This document shows positions 59,997 through 64,000 of a stretch of DNA of 64,000 nt, piece by piece. The notes below the pieces were generated by a model that worked only from the letters and a program-made list of their open reading frames with translations, was not told where the DNA came from and searched no databases. Source of the stretch: Deltaproteobacteria bacterium (lineage in GTDB: Bacteria; SAR324; NAC60-12); NCBI GenBank assembly GCA_038150265.1, contig JAYOTF010000005.1, positions 1 through 64,000 of the forward strand. Reading direction: 5' to 3'. Positions within the stretch are counted from its first letter, which is position 1; every line of letters begins with the position of its first letter. A program made the position numbers and the translations under genes.

Positions 59997-60749
59997 TCAT
60001 GCTGGAACCGCCTTCCAGCGATTGGACCAGCGCTCAAGGGGTTGCAGGATCTGCCACTCAATCAACTGGACAACGACAATAAAAGCCGCACTGTAGGCCA
60101 GGATGCCGGCAACGTCAAATAGCTGGAAGTACGCGTGGAGCTGAAAGCCGACGCCGTTGCTGCGTCCGAGTAGCTCGACGACCAGGACGATCTTCCAGAT
60201 GAGCGCCAGTCCGGAACGCGCTGCTGCGGCAAGGTAGGGAGCCAGTTGGGGCAGCAGGATGTGCCAAAAGCGGTCGGCCCAGGAGAGGCGGTAGCTGATG
60301 GCCAGCGCGTTGAACTGCGGGTTGAAGCTCCGGGCGCCTTCCCGCAGGATCACGGTGACGTTCGGGACCTTGTTCAGGATGACGGCCAGCAACGCCGCTG
60401 CTTCCACCAGCCCCATGCTGAGGTAGCAGAGAATGATGGTCACCAATGCAGGGACGTTGAGCAGGATGACCAGCCAGAGGTCCAGAGTGGAGTTGACTCG
60501 CTCGGAGCGCCCCATGGCAACCCCGATGAGGCTTCCGGTGAACATGGCAATCACAAAGCAGATCAGCACGCGCTTGAGGGTGATGCCGAGGTGCCACCAA
60601 AGCTCCCCGCTCTGGGCTTCTTCCCAGAGTACCTCAAGGGTCTTGCCTGGGGTGGGCAAAAACGGAATCCACTGTCCAGAGGCAGCCAGGTGCCACGCTC
60701 CGACAATCAGCAGTAAGGATCCCCACGCACCCCAGCTATGCTGCTTCAT
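59997..60749 (-). CDS. ABC permease (SsuC/TauC-like)
   Basis: LNVPALV, NKVP, RSGLALIWKIVLVVELLGRSNGVG. Confidence 0.9.
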   Translation of the reverse strand: MKQHSWGAWGSLLLIVGAWHLAASGQWIPFLPTPGKTLEVLWEEAQSGELWWHLGITLKRVLICFVIAMFTGSLIGVAMGRSERVNSTLDLWLVILLNVPALVTIILCYLSMGLVEAAALLAVILNKVPNVTVILREGARSFNPQFNALAISYRLSWADRFWHILLPQLAPYLAAAARSGLALIWKIVLVVELLGRSNGVGFQLHAYFQLFDVAGILAYSAAFIVVVQLIEWQILQPLERWSNRWKAVPA

Positions 60750-61717
60750 GACTCGACGTCAGCCACTCCCCAGAAGGTGCCTTCGGCCAGCTGCGTGCTG
60801 TCGCCAATGAGCTTCTTGCCACCCAGTTTTCCCAAAATCCGGAAGAGCTTTTTGGCATCCCGGACCCCGGCTGCTGTGACGGGTTGGGGGGTGCCTTCGA
60901 GGTAACCCCGCTTGAGCTGCTCAAATTCCGCATCGTTCCTGGTTCCCATCTTGGGACGGAGCGAAGTCCAGGCGTCCGGATTGCGAGCGAGCAGGTCCTT
61001 GGCGCTGGTGGAGGCCTGAACCATCCCGGCGACTGCTTCAGGGTTGGCCTTGGCCCAGTCTTCCATGAAGATGTACCCCAGCATCGGCACCTGCTCCGTG
61101 ATGCCAAGCTGAGGAGCAACGTCGGTCAGGTTCATCAGGCGCTTCATGCCGGCCGCCTCAAGCTTGGCGGCAAAGTGCCAGTAGGTGATCACGGCGTCGA
61201 CGCGTCCAGCCTGCAGCTCCTTGCTCAGCAGCGGCGGTGCGCCAAAGACCTTCTCGATGGAATTGAGATCCAGGTTGTCCTGCTGCCCAAGGGCCTGCAG
61301 CATGAGCCAGCCCTTGGAGAGGGCGCCACCGACCACTCCGAGCTTCTTCCCTTCGAGGTCCTTGACGGAGGTGATGCCCGAGTCCGGACGGATCATCAGG
61401 CCACCGACCGAGGACGAGTAGGGGACAAAGCTAAAGGCGTGGCCCTGGTCGCGCATCCGGGAAACCCACATCCAGTCGGCAACCGCAACATCGGCAGCGC
61501 CCTGCTGAACGGCCATCCGGGTGGCACCAATGTCGGCGAGTTCCAGAATCTCCAACTCAATGCCGGCCTGGCGGTCCAGTCCGTTTTCCACAATGGCATT
61601 CAACTCCCAGTTGACCGTACCGGTTTTGGTACTGGCAACGCGAACCGTGGTTGCGGCGGCGGCAGAGCTCAGCAAGAGGCCTGAGACGGCAACCGCCAGA
61701 AATCGTTTAATCAGCAT
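60746..61717 (-). CDS. ABC substrate-binding protein (SsuA/THI5-like), PQQ-cluster associated
   Basis: GTVNWEL, DWMWVSRMR, FGAPPLL, YWHFAAKL; alternative start at 61729. Confidence 0.88.
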   Translation of the reverse strand: MLIKRFLAVAVSGLLLSSAAAATTVRVASTKTGTVNWELNAIVENGLDRQAGIELEILELADIGATRMAVQQGAADVAVADWMWVSRMRDQGHAFSFVPYSSSVGGLMIRPDSGITSVKDLEGKKLGVVGGALSKGWLMLQALGQQDNLDLNSIEKVFGAPPLLSKELQAGRVDAVITYWHFAAKLEAAGMKRLMNLTDVAPQLGITEQVPMLGYIFMEDWAKANPEAVAGMVQASTSAKDLLARNPDAWTSLRPKMGTRNDAEFEQLKRGYLEGTPQPVTAAGVRDAKKLFRILGKLGGKKLIGDSTQLAEGTFWGVADVES

Positions 61718-61725
61718 CGTTCTCC

Positions 61726-62670
61726 TCATTCAGGGTTCAGGTACTCCGGAAGCCGGTAGGTCATGCCGTATTGGGCATAGATCTTCTCCATGGTGCCGTC
61801 ATTCACCATTTGAGTTACCTGGTCTTCCAACGCATAGCCGAGGTCACGAGAGTCCTGCCGGACGGCCATTCCGATGTCCCATTCGGTCCGCGGTTCAGCC
61901 ATTTCGTAGGTGCACTCCGCCTCAATTTCAACTTTTGAGGTCCAGTCTTTTTTGATGTCGGGGCAGCGGATCACGCGTTGAGGAGTGAGAAGCCCGGCGA
62001 GAGGGGGCTGGAACACGTTGATGTTCTCGGTCTCCGAGAGCATGCTTTCCACAGGGCCGGATAGGCCCATGACGGCGGCGACCTCTCCGGTGCGGAGCGC
62101 GTCCGTTGCTGCAGTCAGGTTGGGGTAGCGGACAATGCCGCGGTTGAGGCGTCCCCCAAACATGCCGGACAGGATGAAGTCCGGAATGCTGTCCAGTTCC
62201 ACACCCACCTTCTCATACATGAAGATGGCGTAATTGGGGAACGACTCAATCTTGCGGACGTCGTGCGCCAGCAAGAAGGTTTCAGACTGGTAGGGGGCCG
62301 TGATGACGACGAGCTCGTTCCGGAGGGCAAACTCCAGATCAAAGGGGATGCGGAGCATGAAGTCCGCCACCTCCCAGTTCCGGATGGCGTTGCCTTTTCC
62401 AACAGCCACCCGCAGGTCGGCATCCACGTTTTCCCCGGCCTCATGCCAGTGCCAGCGGGGCTCCACCCCGAGCCGTCGGGCGATCTCTCGCCCAATCTCG
62501 ACATCAGAGCCTCGCGGTTCCCCATTCTCCTGATAGGAAAAGGGGGGGAAGTCGGTGTACACGGCAATGGAGATGTACCCCGACTCCATGACGTCATCCA
62601 GCAAGCGGGCACTGGCCGAACTGAGTGAGACCAGTAACGCCGCGAGGATGCAGAACGCTTTATTCCACAT
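61726..62670 (-). CDS. Periplasmic binding protein, MxaJ/XoxJ/PedG-like
   Basis: AVYTDFPPFS, AGENVDADLR, VGVELDSIPDF, WDIGMAV, DLGYAL; directly after cytochrome c550. Confidence 0.85.
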   Translation of the reverse strand: MWNKAFCILAALLVSLSSASARLLDDVMESGYISIAVYTDFPPFSYQENGEPRGSDVEIGREIARRLGVEPRWHWHEAGENVDADLRVAVGKGNAIRNWEVADFMLRIPFDLEFALRNELVVITAPYQSETFLLAHDVRKIESFPNYAIFMYEKVGVELDSIPDFILSGMFGGRLNRGIVRYPNLTAATDALRTGEVAAVMGLSGPVESMLSETENINVFQPPLAGLLTPQRVIRCPDIKKDWTSKVEIEAECTYEMAEPRTEWDIGMAVRQDSRDLGYALEDQVTQMVNDGTMEKIYAQYGMTYRLPEYLNPE

Positions 62671-63079
62671 GGACCGTATCCAGCCAGCTGCGGATCGCCC
62701 ACATGGCTTCTTGGCTAAAGACCTCTTCAAAGGCCGGCATGTAGGTCATCCCGTTGCGGATGACCCCGTTGCGGATGCGCATCAGGAACCACTCGTCGCC
62801 TTCCATCCCCACCGGCAGCATGCGCAGGTCGGGGGCAATGCCGCCCGAGATGGCCTCAAGGCCGTGGCAGCGGGCGCAGTTTTGGTTGTAGGCCGAGGCG
62901 CCAATTTCAATGGCCCGCTCGTTTCCGCGGTAGGGGTTTTCATCCAGCCACTCGTCACCCAAAGGCTCCAGGCCACTGGTGTCGACCAACTGCGGAGTGA
63001 CATCGCCATGGGAGAAAGCTGAGCCCGTCCATCCGACGAGGCCAATGAAGAGAGCAAATGCGCTAACAATGAGTCTCAT
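62660..63079 (-). CDS. pedF: Cytochrome c550 (PedF/ExaB)
   Basis: HGDVTPQ.VDT, ENPYR, YNQNCARCHGLEAISGGIAPDLR, YMPAF. Confidence 0.93.
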   Translation of the reverse strand: MRLIVSAFALFIGLVGWTGSAFSHGDVTPQLVDTSGLEPLGDEWLDENPYRGNERAIEIGASAYNQNCARCHGLEAISGGIAPDLRMLPVGMEGDEWFLMRIRNGVIRNGMTYMPAFEEVFSQEAMWAIRSWLDTVHVE

Positions 63080-63204
63080 GATCCATCCAAAAATTGGGGG
63101 TTTGGAGTCTGGCAACGTGGAGGAGGCGGAGGCGGGACCGGTCATGAGCTTCCGCGTCTCCATGCTGACGAAGGTTCCGGTGTCTGGGAAGAAAACCAGG
63201 GAAT

Positions 63205-63230
63205 GAAAGGGAGGAGCCGAAGCTCCTCCC
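63205..63230 (-). terminator. Stem-loop after the PQQ dehydrogenase gene
   Basis: Minus strand GGGAGGAGC-TTCG-GCTCCTCCC followed by only TTTC; leaky terminator or mRNA stabiliser. Confidence 0.7.
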
Positions 63231-63236
63231 GGGAAC

Positions 63237-64000
63237 TCAGTTGCTGCCGAGTTGCAGCGTGTCCTTCTGGTTGTTGTAGGTGCTCAGCTTCGGAAGCTTG
63301 AAGGTCCAGACCATGCCACCCTGGTTGAGGTAGTTGACGGTCTTGGCGACTTCACCGCCCCACAGCGGAACGGCTCCGCCCCATCCGGACACGACGGTGA
63401 CGTACTGCTCACCGTCCATGCGCCAGGTGACGGGGGATCCGACGATTCCGGAACCGGTCTGGAACTTCCAGAGGGTCTCACCGGTCTCATCATCAACCGC
63501 CATGAATTGGCCTTCCGGAGTTCCGTAGAACACCAGTCCTCCACCCGTGGTCAGCACGCCACCCCACAGCGGAGCGTTGTTGCGCTTTTCCCACTTGATG
63601 TCACCCGTGCGGGGATCGATCGCCTTGAGGGCGCCGATGTAGTCCTCATGCAGCGGCTTGATGGTGAAGCCGGCTCCGAGGTAAGCCGCACCTTTTTTGT
63701 AGGTGACGGGCTCGTTCCAGAGGTCCATCGCCCAGGAGTTGGACGGCACGTAGAAGTTGCCGGTGCGCTGGCTGTAGGCCATCGGCATCCAGTTCTTTCC
63801 ACCGAGGAAGGACGGGTAGACCACGATCGGCTCACCCTTGTCCTGGCCGGCCGGATTTCCGGGGCGCAGCTGGTTCGGAAGCGGACGGCAGTTTTCGTCC
63901 AGTCCCTCGGTCCAGTTCACTTCCACAAACGGAAGGGCGCGGATGCACTTGCCGTTCTCACGGTTGAGGACGTAGAAGTGTCCGTTTCGGTCGGCCTTGG
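63237..64000 (-). CDS. pedH: PQQ-dependent alcohol dehydrogenase, PedH/ExaF-like (C-terminal part; 5' end outside the window)
   Basis: [74 protein letters not shown]. Confidence 0.85.
   Translation of the reverse strand, partial: KADRNGHFYVLNRENGKCIRALPFVEVNWTEGLDENCRPLPNQLRPGNPAGQDKGEPIVVYPSFLGGKNWMPMAYSQRTGNFYVPSNSWAMDLWNEPVTYKKGAAYLGAGFTIKPLHEDYIGALKAIDPRTGDIKWEKRNNAPLWGGVLTTGGGLVFYGTPEGQFMAVDDETGETLWKFQTGSGIVGSPVTWRMDGEQYVTVVSGWGGAVPLWGGEVAKTVNYLNQGGMVWTFKLPKLSTYNNQKDTLQLGSN

Overview
A gene-dense, GC-rich (by eye roughly 60-65%) bacterial chromosomal segment of about 60 genes. I saw no rRNA, tRNA, CRISPR array, transposase, integrase or prophage. In order: TAXI-TRAP and tctCBA transporters; a sigma54-controlled proline catabolism locus (activator, pruA, monofunctional proline dehydrogenase, livKHMGF); a PadR-ABM pair; a PhnD-family 'putative selenate' ABC transporter preceded by a degraded ORF with a possible UGA/SECIS; an alpha-glucoside/maltose cluster; parE, obgE, apaG, oxyR plus a disulfide reductase; acetoacetyl-CoA synthetase; TPP riboswitch-thiBP; a sirtuin; form II coxSLM; and the 3' part of a PedH/ExaF-type PQQ alcohol dehydrogenase cluster that runs off the window. 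The gene content would fit a marine deltaproteobacterial lineage such as SAR324, but that is unverified inference. Most notable observations: (1) a Sel1 gene that looks precisely inverted inside the PQQ operon, since flipping 54394-54953 restores TGATG coupling at both ends and an SD; (2) window-wide HIP1-like over-representation of the palindrome TCCGGA; (3) a candidate selenoprotein remnant upstream of the selenium-linked transporter; (4) an acidic secreted protein inside the lanthanide-uptake-type genes; (5) an unannotated 33-aa membrane peptide and probable ATC/CTG start codons.
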